From IMG/VR virus record IMGVR_UViG_2974538492_000001, positions 64,001 through 128,000 of that record: 64,000 nucleotides of DNA. The stretch is one strand, 5' to 3'. The position numbers and the translations under genes were made by a program. The DNA is from a virus. Its lineage: Duplodnaviria; Heunggongvirae; Uroviricota; Caudoviricetes. Below the pieces are notes generated by a model. The model searched no databases, was not told where the DNA came from, and saw nothing but the letters and a program-made list of their open reading frames with translations. Shown here piece after piece: positions 1 to 9,170 of the stretch. Each line of letters opens with the position of its first letter. Position 1 is the first letter of the stretch.

Positions 1-1
1 A

Positions 2-577
2 AAATCTGAAACTGGTACGGTATGGCTAAGTCCTGATAAAACTTCAGCATATCATATGTACCAATTTTGGGTTAATATTAGTGATGATGAAATGTACACA
101 ATGTATCAGTACTTTAAACCTATGTCATTGACATTAGATGAATTTAAACATGAAATGAGTATTAATGCAGTTGCTATGAAAAAAGAGTTTGCATATTTGA
201 TGACTTCGTTGATTCATGGTGTTGATAAAGCTGATCAAGCCCATAATATTAGTCAATTTATCTTTGGTGAAAAGGTAGTACTTGATAATGATACTATTGT
301 TATGATGCAGCAATCTGGAATGGGTCATCGCAGTATAATTACTGATTCTAATAATTTGGTATCTACTTTGGTTGAACTTGGTTTAGCTAAATCAAAAAAA
401 ATGGCACGTGAATTCATTACTAATGGTGCAGCCAAAGTAAATGGTCGTAAAATTAACGAATTTTTCAATCCAGCAACTAATGAATTTATCGAAGATGTTG
501 ATATGTTTGATATGAAATACTATGTTATACAATGCGGTAAAACCAATTTCTTTGTTGTAGAAAATAGGAGGATTTAA
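2..577 (+). CDS. tyrS: Tyrosyl-tRNA synthetase, C-terminal part (gene begins before the window)
   Basis: The frame from base 2 reads KSETGTVWLSPDKTSAYHMYQFW, matching the TyrRS KFGKT/S..AVWLD..KTSPY.FYQFW segment. C-terminal S4-like domain LVELGLAKSKKMAREFITNGAAKVNG. Confidence 0.9.
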   Translation, partial: KSETGTVWLSPDKTSAYHMYQFWVNISDDEMYTMYQYFKPMSLTLDEFKHEMSINAVAMKKEFAYLMTSLIHGVDKADQAHNISQFIFGEKVVLDNDTIVMMQQSGMGHRSIITDSNNLVSTLVELGLAKSKKMAREFITNGAAKVNGRKINEFFNPATNEFIEDVDMFDMKYYVIQCGKTNFFVVENRRI

Positions 578-579
578 TT

Positions 580-804
580 ATGTCACAAACATATACAGCA
601 GTTTTATATCGTCCTAATCATTCAGACTATTGTCGTGGTTGTTTAATGGGACAAACTGATTCTGATTTAAAAATTTTCACAGGTTCATCACAGCAAGATA
701 TTATTGATAAAATTATTCCAGTACTTGTTTAATCCAAGTTAGATTCTGAAAAAAATTTAGAACTTGCTGAATATGAACGTTTGAAATCAAAATTTGGTGA
801 ATAA
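580..804 (+). pseudogene. Small hypothetical gene interrupted by an in-frame TAA at 730-732
   Basis: RBS AGGAGG and ATG at 580, stop after 50 codons. The same frame continues to ELAEYERLKSKFGE and ends at TAA 802-804, abutting the next ATG. Confidence 0.5.
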
Positions 805-1053
805 ATGAAAATAGTTTTTGTAATAATGGCAGTCCTTATGCTATCATCATGCCGAGTTGACACCAACGATAAAAATATCCCTGTATTTTCAGGGATTATT
901 AAACAAGACCCACGTATTATCACTGCTGATTTAACAATGGAAAACAATAATTATCATTGTTTTAGTTTTGATGCAGAAAAAGACAATTTAATTTTTATGT
1001 GTAAGAAGGTTAATAATGAAGAAAATTCTTCTAGCGTTACTAGTACTAACTAG
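805..1053 (+). CDS. Putative lipoprotein, hypothetical
   Basis: Hydrophobic N-terminus ending in the lipobox-like LSSC. Confidence 0.55.
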   Translation: MKIVFVIMAVLMLSSCRVDTNDKNIPVFSGIIKQDPRIITADLTMENNNYHCFSFDAEKDNLIFMCKKVNNEENSSSVTSTN

Positions 1054-1204
1054 TACTGCCTGTACTAGCTTAGATAATGGTTCATATGAACAATATCGAC
1101 CATTTAGTGATAAAGCTGGTTATAATTGTGCAGTTGAAAGTTCAGACATATATCTCATTAATGGTGTACCATCTTTGAAATATATTTGTAATAAGGTAAA
1201 ATAA
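1016..1204 (+). CDS. Putative small lipoprotein, hypothetical
   Basis: MKKILLALLVLTSTAC signal peptide with lipobox-like cysteine. Confidence 0.55.
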   Translation: MKKILLALLVLTSTACTSLDNGSYEQYRPFSDKAGYNCAVESSDIYLINGVPSLKYICNKVK

Positions 1205-1734
1205 TGAAAATAACACGTTCATGGGCGATGCCAAATAAGAATACTTTTTTGATCAAGCCTATAAGGGATTTTATTGAACGCGAACTATCGAAAGTAGAGT
1301 TGATTGAAGATGCAGTATTTGTTGATGCTTTTGCTAATAACAGCATATTCAATCCACGAATGACATATACAAATGATTTAGACCCTGATATGCCAACAAC
1401 TCATCATATGGATGCATTGGAATTTCTTAAATCATTAGAATCTGAATCTGTAGATTTTCTACTATTTGACCCACCATATAGTCCAAGACAAGTTTCTGAA
1501 TGTTATAAAAGTTTAGAAATGACTGTTAACATGCAAACTACTCAATCAAGTTTTTGGGGCAATCTAAAGAAAGAGATTGCCAGAGTTATGAAAACTGGTG
1601 GAGTAGTAATGACATTTGGATGGAATAGTGGTGGTATTGGAAAATCGAATGGATTTGAAATAGATGAGATTTTATTTGTAGCACATGGAGGTTGGCATAC
1701 TGACACTTTTTGTGTCAAAGATATAAAAAAATAA
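1204..1734 (+). CDS. Short amino-type (probably N6-adenine) DNA methyltransferase-like protein
   Basis: Motif IV DFLLFDPPYS and possible motif I variant VDAFAN. Confidence 0.65.
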   Translation: MKITRSWAMPNKNTFLIKPIRDFIERELSKVELIEDAVFVDAFANNSIFNPRMTYTNDLDPDMPTTHHMDALEFLKSLESESVDFLLFDPPYSPRQVSECYKSLEMTVNMQTTQSSFWGNLKKEIARVMKTGGVVMTFGWNSGGIGKSNGFEIDEILFVAHGGWHTDTFCVKDIKK

Positions 1735-1773
1735 TATAAATATCCCTATAGAAGAAAAATATAGGGATATTTA
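1735..1773 (+). promoter_or_regulatory. T4-type late promoter TATAAATA (1735-1742) overlapping a 14-bp hairpin that sequesters the RBS of the downstream endonuclease
   Basis: TAAATATCCCTATA (1737-1750) pairs perfectly with TATAGGGATATTTA (1760-1773); ATG at 1776. Confidence 0.75.
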
Positions 1774-1775
1774 AG

Positions 1776-2708
1776 ATGAATACTGATGAATATATTAAAG
1801 AAGTTAAATTAGTACATGGTGACAAATATGATTATTCAAAAACCATTTATAATGGTTCAAAAAAGAAATTATCTATAATTTGTCCAGTACATGGAGAGTT
1901 TTTGCAAACTGCATATCATCATAAAACTGGAAGTAATTGTCCCAAATGTGCAACTGAGAACACTCATAAAAAACAACGAATATCTATTGCTAAATTTTTA
2001 GAAGATGCAAATAAAAAGCACGATAATAAATTTGAATATAATATAGAAGTACTGAATAATATAAATGATAAAATAAAAATAATTTGTCCAGTACATGGAG
2101 AATTTGAACAAATTGCTAGAAATCATCTAAGAGGATTTGGCTGCTCAAATTGTAGCTTTAAAAAACAATTAAGCACTCAAGAATTTATAGATGATTCTAA
2201 TATAATACATAATTATTTTTATGATTATAGTAATGTAGTATATAAAAATAATAAAATAAAAATTAATATTATTTGTCCTATACATGGAGAATTTAGTCAA
2301 AAACCAAATTCACATAAAAATGGTCACGGATGTCCACAGTGTAATACAAATGAATCAAAAAAATTAGAAATAATTGACAATTTTTTTATTAATTTTAAAG
2401 TTTCTAAAGAAAAAAAATTTGAAGAATGTAAAAATGTACTACCGTTACCATTTGATAGATATATTAAAAAACTTAAATTATTAATTGAGTATGATGGTGA
2501 ACAACATTTCCATCCAATATCTATATGGGGTGGAGAAGAAGCATTTTTAAAAACTCAACAACGTGATTTAATCAAAACAAATTTTGCAATTAATAATGGT
2601 TTTAATTTTATTAGAATTAAGTACAATGAAAATATTTTAGATAAATTGAAAGAATTTATGAAAAAATATAATGACAATCCAAATGAACAAATTATAATGA
2701 TATATTAA
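1776..2708 (+). CDS. Putative free-standing homing endonuclease (DUF723-like Zn repeats plus PD-(D/E)XK/Vsr-like domain)
   Basis: Three ICP(V/I)HGEF.Q....H..G..C..C repeats; C-terminal FDRY...LLIEYDGEQHF...RD..K. Confidence 0.75.
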   Translation: MNTDEYIKEVKLVHGDKYDYSKTIYNGSKKKLSIICPVHGEFLQTAYHHKTGSNCPKCATENTHKKQRISIAKFLEDANKKHDNKFEYNIEVLNNINDKIKIICPVHGEFEQIARNHLRGFGCSNCSFKKQLSTQEFIDDSNIIHNYFYDYSNVVYKNNKIKINIICPIHGEFSQKPNSHKNGHGCPQCNTNESKKLEIIDNFFINFKVSKEKKFEECKNVLPLPFDRYIKKLKLLIEYDGEQHFHPISIWGGEEAFLKTQQRDLIKTNFAINNGFNFIRIKYNENILDKLKEFMKKYNDNPNEQIIMIY

Positions 2709-2714
2709 GAATTG

Positions 2715-2830
2715 AGAAATACAAAGCCGTGCCTCTGGCAAAATCCAGTATAAGTCCGTTTACGCTTTATCGCAAGTACTGAGAGAATATTCCTACTCGA
2801 TAATACCAACTCTTAGGGCGTTGTATTTCT
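2715..2830 (+). ncRNA. Candidate ~116-nt structured RNA element (multi-branch fold)
   Basis: Closing stem AGAAATACAA/TTGTATTTCT extended by GCC/GGGC; internal stems TGCC/GGCA, CAGTA/TACTG, AGAG/CTCT; intergenic and GC-richer than its flanks. Strand not established. Confidence 0.4.
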
Positions 2831-2857
2831 TTTAAGTTAACTAAAAAGAGACAAAAA

Positions 2858-3490
2858 ATGAATATATGTGAAAAGTACTATTGGATTACAGAACATCCAA
2901 AAATTGTGGAATTTGCTGACTCAGCAATGATAGAAGTTACGCCACACATGGTTTGTCCAGAAACAAATCAAATTGAAACATTGGAAATTTTGAATACCAA
3001 ATTACAATTTTGGGTAGAATTCATGATTCCACATTTTGATGAACAATTCAAAGTATACGGTCATGCACATGATTGGGAACTTGATTGTGGTGGGGATACA
3101 TGGGAAGAAGCAATTGATAACTTATATCAAAAAGTACTAGAAAAGTACGGTAATTATACCCAAGAGGATTTAGATAAACAACGAGATGAAGCCATGAAAG
3201 ATTTCGATTTCGATAAATGGTTTGATGAAGCAACAGTTATGAATCAAACGGAACACCGAGTTATGTTAGAACAATACGAAATTGATGAATTCAACCGTGA
3301 TATCGAACATATAGAACTATTATTACCAGTACTATCAAATTTGTTAAAAGATCCAAATCTAACAATGCAACAGTATTCAGATGTTGAATTAGCAATTATA
3401 TGTGCAGGTCATGATTTGTATGTTGCCAAGAAATCGGTAGAATTTGGTTATAATGTTGAAGTATATGGTATAACGGATGAAAATATCTAA
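2858..3490 (+). CDS. Hypothetical protein
   Basis: 210-aa ORF with RBS-like AAGAGA. Confidence 0.7.
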   Translation: MNICEKYYWITEHPKIVEFADSAMIEVTPHMVCPETNQIETLEILNTKLQFWVEFMIPHFDEQFKVYGHAHDWELDCGGDTWEEAIDNLYQKVLEKYGNYTQEDLDKQRDEAMKDFDFDKWFDEATVMNQTEHRVMLEQYEIDEFNRDIEHIELLLPVLSNLLKDPNLTMQQYSDVELAIICAGHDLYVAKKSVEFGYNVEVYGITDENI

Positions 3491-3845
3491 ATTGGTTGGT
3501 ATATTGAATGATATGCCACGTAAAAATAAATCCAGTGTTTCACGTAAGCATTACACAATTATTGCGTGTGCACTAGATAAAAGAGGACGAGTACTGGCAA
3601 TGCGAACTAATGATTATAATTGTTCACATCCATTACAAAAGTACTATGCAGAGAAAGTTGGAAGACCTGAAGCCATTTTTCTACATGCAGAAGTAGCAAC
3701 ACTTATAGCAGCCCGTAAAGAAGTTTATAAATTGCTTATTGCAAGGGTCGATATGCAAGGTAATCCATTACCTGCTAAGCCATGTTCGATATGTGAAAAA
3801 GCAATTGCAGCATTTGGAGTAAAAGAAATTGAATATACCCAATGA
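3477..3845 (+). CDS. Cytidine/deoxycytidylate deaminase-like zinc protein
   Basis: HAE and PCSIC zinc-binding motifs. Confidence 0.7.
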   Translation: MKISKLVGILNDMPRKNKSSVSRKHYTIIACALDKRGRVLAMRTNDYNCSHPLQKYYAEKVGRPEAIFLHAEVATLIAARKEVYKLLIARVDMQGNPLPAKPCSICEKAIAAFGVKEIEYTQ

Positions 3846-4155
3846 AAATTATTTAGGTTCAATCATACATTTATATAATGGATTAAATTTTAAAGTTAAA
3901 TTTTCTCTAAGTACTGAAGAGTATCAATATCTTCGTAAAAAATATAATGTTAAAAAGATAGTTCCTAGAAATCAAAGAATATGTTGGAAATGTGATAAAT
4001 CAACTGTTAGTAAAAATATTAAAAGTACAAATTTGTGTGATGACTGTTATAAAAACAGTGCGAATCAATATTATTATAACTATCATCGTTTAGTATCGAT
4101 TGATTCAGTTCCAATGATTTATAAGATATATACAGGTAAAATTTATGACAATTAA
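3829..4155 (+). CDS. Hypothetical protein with CxxC pairs
   Basis: CWKC and CDDC motifs; overlapping operon arrangement. Confidence 0.55.
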   Translation: MNIPNENYLGSIIHLYNGLNFKVKFSLSTEEYQYLRKKYNVKKIVPRNQRICWKCDKSTVSKNIKSTNLCDDCYKNSANQYYYNYHRLVSIDSVPMIYKIYTGKIYDN

Positions 4156-4777
4156 TTATAATAAAATTGAAGAAATAATTATAAGATATCCACATGAAAC
4201 TGTTGAATTTATATCAAATCATCTAAAAGTGGATAATAAATTTGTAAGACGGATTGCTAAAAAATTCAATTTAAAACGGGAGCCATTGAAATTGAGAAAT
4301 CCTAGTATAGAATTTTTATCTAATTACTATAACATTAATATTTCAATTTTAAAAGATATTGAGAAGTCTTCAGTATATCGCAAACCATTTCCACCAACTA
4401 TAATTAATACGTTACGAGAAGTTCTAATTAGAAAATTTGGAAAACCAATGTCAACAAAACATTGGGATACTATTTCATCAATTGGAATTGAAAATATAAG
4501 ACATGTGATAATTTATTATCCTGAATTTACCAATTCTGCACTTGCAAAAGATGTTAATTGTGATAAATCAACTATTACACTAATTGGTAATTTGTACAGT
4601 TTAGAAAAAAATGATAGAGAAAGTATGTTTTGTGATAAATGTAGAATCAATCATTTACCACCTAAAACATATAAATCTGGAAATCTATGTAAAAAATGTT
4701 GGACTACTCGTATGTCTGAGTATCAATACATATATTATCCTACCACCCAAATAAAAAAATCAAAAGGTAATAAATGA
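4145..4777 (+). CDS. Hypothetical protein, basic, with C-terminal CxxC pairs
   Basis: CDKC...CKKC motifs; stop overlaps the next start (ATGA). Confidence 0.6.
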   Translation: MTINYNKIEEIIIRYPHETVEFISNHLKVDNKFVRRIAKKFNLKREPLKLRNPSIEFLSNYYNINISILKDIEKSSVYRKPFPPTIINTLREVLIRKFGKPMSTKHWDTISSIGIENIRHVIIYYPEFTNSALAKDVNCDKSTITLIGNLYSLEKNDRESMFCDKCRINHLPPKTYKSGNLCKKCWTTRMSEYQYIYYPTTQIKKSKGNK

Positions 4778-5328
4778 AAAATACAATTATTATTAACTTA
4801 GTAGGTGGTCCTTGCTGTGGTAAAACTACAACCGCTGCTGGATTATTTGCTAAAATGAAATTACATACTAAGCAACAAGTAGAAATTGTAACAGAAGTCA
4901 TTAAAGATTATGTATATGATGAAAACAAAATGGCAATGCAGGATCAAGTACTAATTACTGCTAATCAAAATCACCGCCTATTCCGTTTACAAGGAAAGGT
5001 GGATTTTGTTGTTTCTGATGCTTCTCTTTTGAATGGGATCGTGTATAATGAATTTTATAATGATCAAGAAAATATCAGTTCTATTGTGTCAATTCAGTTA
5101 TATGAACAATACCAAAATATTGTCTTTTTATTGCCACGTAAACCAGAATATGATCAATATGGACGTACACAATCTCTTGAAGAAGCTAAAGTAATTGACC
5201 AACTTTTCGTTGAAAATTTGGATAACCTAAATGTTCCATATATTGATATGAGACAGTATACTCATGAAGAGATGCCAACTCGTATTTTAGAAATACTTAG
5301 CAAACAATATGGATTTAATACATATTAA
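4774..5328 (+). CDS. P-loop NTPase / NadR-like nucleotide kinase
   Basis: Walker A GGPCCGKTT and VVSDASLL segment. Confidence 0.7.
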   Translation: MKNTIIINLVGGPCCGKTTTAAGLFAKMKLHTKQQVEIVTEVIKDYVYDENKMAMQDQVLITANQNHRLFRLQGKVDFVVSDASLLNGIVYNEFYNDQENISSIVSIQLYEQYQNIVFLLPRKPEYDQYGRTQSLEEAKVIDQLFVENLDNLNVPYIDMRQYTHEEMPTRILEILSKQYGFNTY

Positions 5329-5339
5329 GGGTATAATAT

Positions 5340-6476
5340 ATGTCAGTAACTATTGAAAAAGAATTTTATATTCCTGAAACTTTTGATATTGTACGTAGAT
5401 TTCAAACAGAATATGACAATAATACTAATGAATACACAGAGTTGAATGAATTAACCGATGAATATTTTACACATTATGTAAATCAAAAAGGTTCTTATGT
5501 TTATTATTTGAATGAACAAACTATTGCAAAAACTGACACATATCAAAATCTACCTATTTCTGGATTAACTATAGATCGGAATACCTATTCAGAAGCTGAT
5601 TATCGTTCATTTGTTGATGGTATTATTATAAAAGATCCACGTGGATTTGAATTTAAAATAAGCATTCGTAATTTTTTATATCTATGTCGTCATCATAATA
5701 TTGAATGTGGTGAAATTAAAGCAGAATGTGTTTTATCATGGTCGGTAAGTGGATACTTAACACTTTTGAGTACTAGTTCTGAATCATATAAAAGTGCAGT
5801 TGTTTATACAAATAAACAATCTATTGTCTTCGATCCTGAAACATTAGAAATTGGTAAAACATATTTCACAAAGAAAAGTACTGATGAATTGGTGTATATT
5901 GGAAAGCATAAGATTAATTCAAAACATGATAATGATGAATTTCCATTTAATTTAAAACCTTCTAAATTAATTAGACCGGTATTTTATAATAAGAAAACAG
6001 ATGAATTTATTACTTTAATTATTTCCAAAAACATTGCAGGAGAAGTTAATTCTGAAATACACGATGTATTTGATCTTATTAATGAATTCAAAAATTCAGT
6101 TCAAGGACGTACCATAACATCCATAACATTTTCTGATTTTACCAAACAACATATTACTGAAAATAAAGATGGTCATTGGAGCGGGAAGGTATTTGTTCAT
6201 AAAGGAAATAATGAATATATCATGATAAATTATTGGACAAATACATGGAGGAAGAATATAAACTTACATGGTAAAATTATATCAAATGCAAGTATTATGT
6301 ATCTTATCGATGGTACATTGGTGAATCCTGAAAACTACTGTGACCGTTGTGCAAGGTTTGATACGGAAATTGAACATGATAAATGGATTGAATTATTGAT
6401 TTCAAAGTCTGCAAAAGTAGCTCATGCTAATTTTGAAGATGAATTAAGTACTTCATTAACATTGTCCAAACGTTAA
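5340..6476 (+). CDS. Hypothetical protein
   Basis: 378-aa ORF with RBS AAGGGT. Confidence 0.7.
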   Translation: MSVTIEKEFYIPETFDIVRRFQTEYDNNTNEYTELNELTDEYFTHYVNQKGSYVYYLNEQTIAKTDTYQNLPISGLTIDRNTYSEADYRSFVDGIIIKDPRGFEFKISIRNFLYLCRHHNIECGEIKAECVLSWSVSGYLTLLSTSSESYKSAVVYTNKQSIVFDPETLEIGKTYFTKKSTDELVYIGKHKINSKHDNDEFPFNLKPSKLIRPVFYNKKTDEFITLIISKNIAGEVNSEIHDVFDLINEFKNSVQGRTITSITFSDFTKQHITENKDGHWSGKVFVHKGNNEYIMINYWTNTWRKNINLHGKIISNASIMYLIDGTLVNPENYCDRCARFDTEIEHDKWIELLISKSAKVAHANFEDELSTSLTLSKR

Positions 6477-6492
6477 CCAATTACTCACAAAC

Positions 6493-6506
6493 TTGATCTA
6501 GATCAA
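6493..6506. promoter_or_regulatory. Perfect FNR-box consensus TTGAT-CTAG-ATCAA upstream of nrdD
   Basis: Exact match to TTGATnnnnATCAA in the 111-bp intergenic gap before the anaerobic RNR gene. Confidence 0.6.
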
Positions 6507-6587
6507 CGATTTAACCCCTTTATATGGGGTTGAATCTATTTTAAGTACGTAAATAATTCACCTTAAACAAGACATGGAGAGTCAAAG

Positions 6588-8408
6588 ATGAATAATGATA
6601 GATTGTATAGTGACATTAATGAATTTTTAAATCAAAGTAATAAAGATCTTCTTAATGAAAATGCTAACAAAGATTCAAAGATGGTGAATACTCATAGGGA
6701 TTTGTTGGCTGGGATTCTGTCGAAGCATTGGGCTGAAGATGAATTATCAGAAGATTTAATACAATGGCATAAAAATGGATATGGTCACATACATGATCTT
6801 GATTATTTTATTAGTCCTTTAACAAATTGTTGTTTAGTAAATTACAGAGATATGTTAGAGAATGGATTTAAGATCGGTAATGCACAAGTGGGGACTCCTA
6901 ATAGTATTGGAGTAGCAAGTACAGTACTAACACAAATAGTACTAGCAGTATCAGCAAGTCAGTACGGTGGTCAAACATTGGCACACATTGATTATGGCTT
7001 AGAACCATATGTTCAGAAGTCCTATGAGAAGCTACAGCAGCTTCAAAAAGAATTTGGGCTATCAGATGAATATGTGGAGAAAACACTTCAGAAAGAGGTA
7101 TATGATGCAATGCAAGCACTTTTGTATCAGGTTAATACTATCACTTCAAGTAATGGACAAACGCCATTTGTCACAATAACTCTTGGTTTAAATCAATCAA
7201 AATTTGGACAAATGATAACTGATTCATATTTAAAAGTCCATGAAAAAGGATTAGGTGTTGATGGGAACACTCCAGTATTTCCTAAAGTGGTTTTCTTTTT
7301 AGAAGATGGTGTTAATTTAAAACCTGAAGATCCTAATTATTTTCTTAAAGAACAAGCAATGAAAACTGCTTCAAAAAGAATTTATCCTGATTTTGTTTCA
7401 GTTCCTTTGAATAAAAAAGTTACTGGTTCAAAAACAATAGCTGTTTCACCAATGGGGTGTAGATCGTTTTTAGGCCAATGGAAAAATGAAGATGATATTG
7501 AACAATATGATGGAAGATTTAATCTTGGAGTAGTATCTATTAATTTACCATTACTTGCTCTTGAATCCGAATCAGATGGTGACTTTTTTGGTAAGATAGA
7601 TCATCACATGAATATGGCATATAGAGCACAGATGAACCGTGTAGAACGTCTTAAAAAGATGAAAGCACGTCAGAATCCAACTATGTTTATGGAAGGTGCC
7701 ATAGCACGTTTAGGAGCAGATGAGACTATTGATAAATTATTTTATGATGGGTATGCAAGTATTAGTATTGGATTTGTTGGGTTAGCAGAATGTTCTGAAA
7801 TCATTAAAGGACACTTGAATAAAGATTATTGTAAATCAATTTTACATTATATGAAGTATAAATGTGAACAATTTAAAAAGGATAGTACTATATCATTTAG
7901 TTTATATGGAACACCAGCAGAAAGTTTATGTTATAAATTTGCAAAATGTATAGAATTAAAATATCCTAATGTACTTAAACGCGACTTCATTACAAATTCA
8001 TTTCACCAACCAGTATGGATTGAAAGCTCACCATTTAGTAAATGGGATTATGAAGAAAGTTTTGCATATCTAAGTAATGGTGGTAATATAAGTTATGTAG
8101 AAACTCCAAATCTTGCAAATAACATTAAAGCGTTAGAAACTTTAATTGATTATGCATATGATAGAATTCCATATTTTGGTATTAACCAACCAGTTGATAA
8201 ATGTTATAAATGCGGTTTTGAAGGTGAATTTGCTGTAGATAAAATTGGTTTCCATTGTCCTGAATGTGATAATAGAGAAGAAGGTACTATGTCAGTAATT
8301 AGACGAGTATCAGGTTATCTAAGTGCACCTAATAGTAGAGCGTTCAATACTGGAAAACAACAAGAAGTTATTCAGAGAGTAAAACATGAAAGACAATCGA
8401 AAGAATGA
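6588..8408 (+). CDS. nrdD: Anaerobic (class III) ribonucleoside-triphosphate reductase
   Basis: HIHDLDY, TNCCL, MGCRSFL, YGTPAESLC, C-terminal CxxC-CxxC and glycyl-radical RRVSGYL motifs. Confidence 0.97.
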   Translation: MNNDRLYSDINEFLNQSNKDLLNENANKDSKMVNTHRDLLAGILSKHWAEDELSEDLIQWHKNGYGHIHDLDYFISPLTNCCLVNYRDMLENGFKIGNAQVGTPNSIGVASTVLTQIVLAVSASQYGGQTLAHIDYGLEPYVQKSYEKLQQLQKEFGLSDEYVEKTLQKEVYDAMQALLYQVNTITSSNGQTPFVTITLGLNQSKFGQMITDSYLKVHEKGLGVDGNTPVFPKVVFFLEDGVNLKPEDPNYFLKEQAMKTASKRIYPDFVSVPLNKKVTGSKTIAVSPMGCRSFLGQWKNEDDIEQYDGRFNLGVVSINLPLLALESESDGDFFGKIDHHMNMAYRAQMNRVERLKKMKARQNPTMFMEGAIARLGADETIDKLFYDGYASISIGFVGLAECSEIIKGHLNKDYCKSILHYMKYKCEQFKKDSTISFSLYGTPAESLCYKFAKCIELKYPNVLKRDFITNSFHQPVWIESSPFSKWDYEESFAYLSNGGNISYVETPNLANNIKALETLIDYAYDRIPYFGINQPVDKCYKCGFEGEFAVDKIGFHCPECDNREEGTMSVIRRVSGYLSAPNSRAFNTGKQQEVIQRVKHERQSKE

Positions 8409-8802
8409 AACTTGTTATCGTAGATGGGTGTTCGATAAGCCTAAAAACGGTAAGAAAAGAGAAAAAACATATTTTCCAAAGGGCAAGAAAATGCCCTTAA
8501 AAAAAGCATTTGATATTGTAGTGCAAGGATTACTTGCAGGAAAAGGTTTACATCCATCCGTTGATTATATCTGGTACGCAGAGAAAATTTCAGCAGAATG
8601 TAATGTTCATGTTGATTTAGTTCGTCAAGTACTACATAAATTAAATCTAGAGGGATGTTGCTCTAAAAGAATACTGTGGGATGCTAGAGGTGGAATGTTC
8701 GCTATGCATACACGGTTAGATTGGGGTGACGCAGTAGTTCTGTGGGAAGCTAAACAATATAGTGTTTATATGAATAAATTACAAGAAAAATATGGAGAAT
8801 AA
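8386..8802 (+). CDS. Hypothetical basic protein
   Basis: ORF overlapping the nrdD stop and the grcA start. Confidence 0.6.
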   Translation: MKDNRKNETCYRRWVFDKPKNGKKREKTYFPKGKKMPLKKAFDIVVQGLLAGKGLHPSVDYIWYAEKISAECNVHVDLVRQVLHKLNLEGCCSKRILWDARGGMFAMHTRLDWGDAVVLWEAKQYSVYMNKLQEKYGE

Positions 8803-8803
8803 A

Positions 8804-9166
8804 ATGACAATTAAATCAATTCAAATTATGAGTGGTGAACATGAAGGTACTATTATTATTCATAATGAAAGTACCGCACGTATTATTGTATCAAAAACAT
8901 TAGAAGAAGATTCTGAGGTTTCAATGGAACAATTTTTGAATGAATCATCTCGTGAAGTACTAATTGAATCACCTGCTGCTATTGAGGGTGGTCAACATTT
9001 AAACGTTAATGTATTAACACGTGAGCAATTGGAAGATGCACAAGCTAATCCAGAAAAATATCCACAATTAACAATTCGTGTTTCGGGATACGCTGTAAGA
9101 TTTAATTCATTAACAAAAGAACAACAAGATGATGTAATTTCAAGAACTTTTACTACTAAGGTATAA
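8804..9166 (+). CDS. grcA: Autonomous glycyl radical cofactor (GrcA/YfiD, T4 vs.6-like)
   Basis: [11 protein letters not shown]...[35 protein letters not shown]. Start chosen at ATG 8804 after GGAG. Confidence 0.93.
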   Translation: MTIKSIQIMSGEHEGTIIIHNESTARIIVSKTLEEDSEVSMEQFLNESSREVLIESPAAIEGGQHLNVNVLTREQLEDAQANPEKYPQLTIRVSGYAVRFNSLTKEQQDDVISRTFTTKV

Positions 9167-9170
9167 TTAT

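Noticed and set aside
580-804. Stop-codon reassignment in this phage
   Set aside because: TAA terminates nearly all genes correctly, and long genes are intact under the standard code.
1776-2708. Endonuclease encoded inside a self-splicing intron
   Set aside because: Upstream and downstream ORFs are unrelated and complete; no group I core found.
2715-2830. TPP riboswitch (GTGCC...CTGAGA...GATAATACC...TAGGG occur in the same order)
   Set aside because: The P2 partner ATACCC, the ACCTGAT segment and P5 pairing are missing, and there is no thiamine gene downstream.
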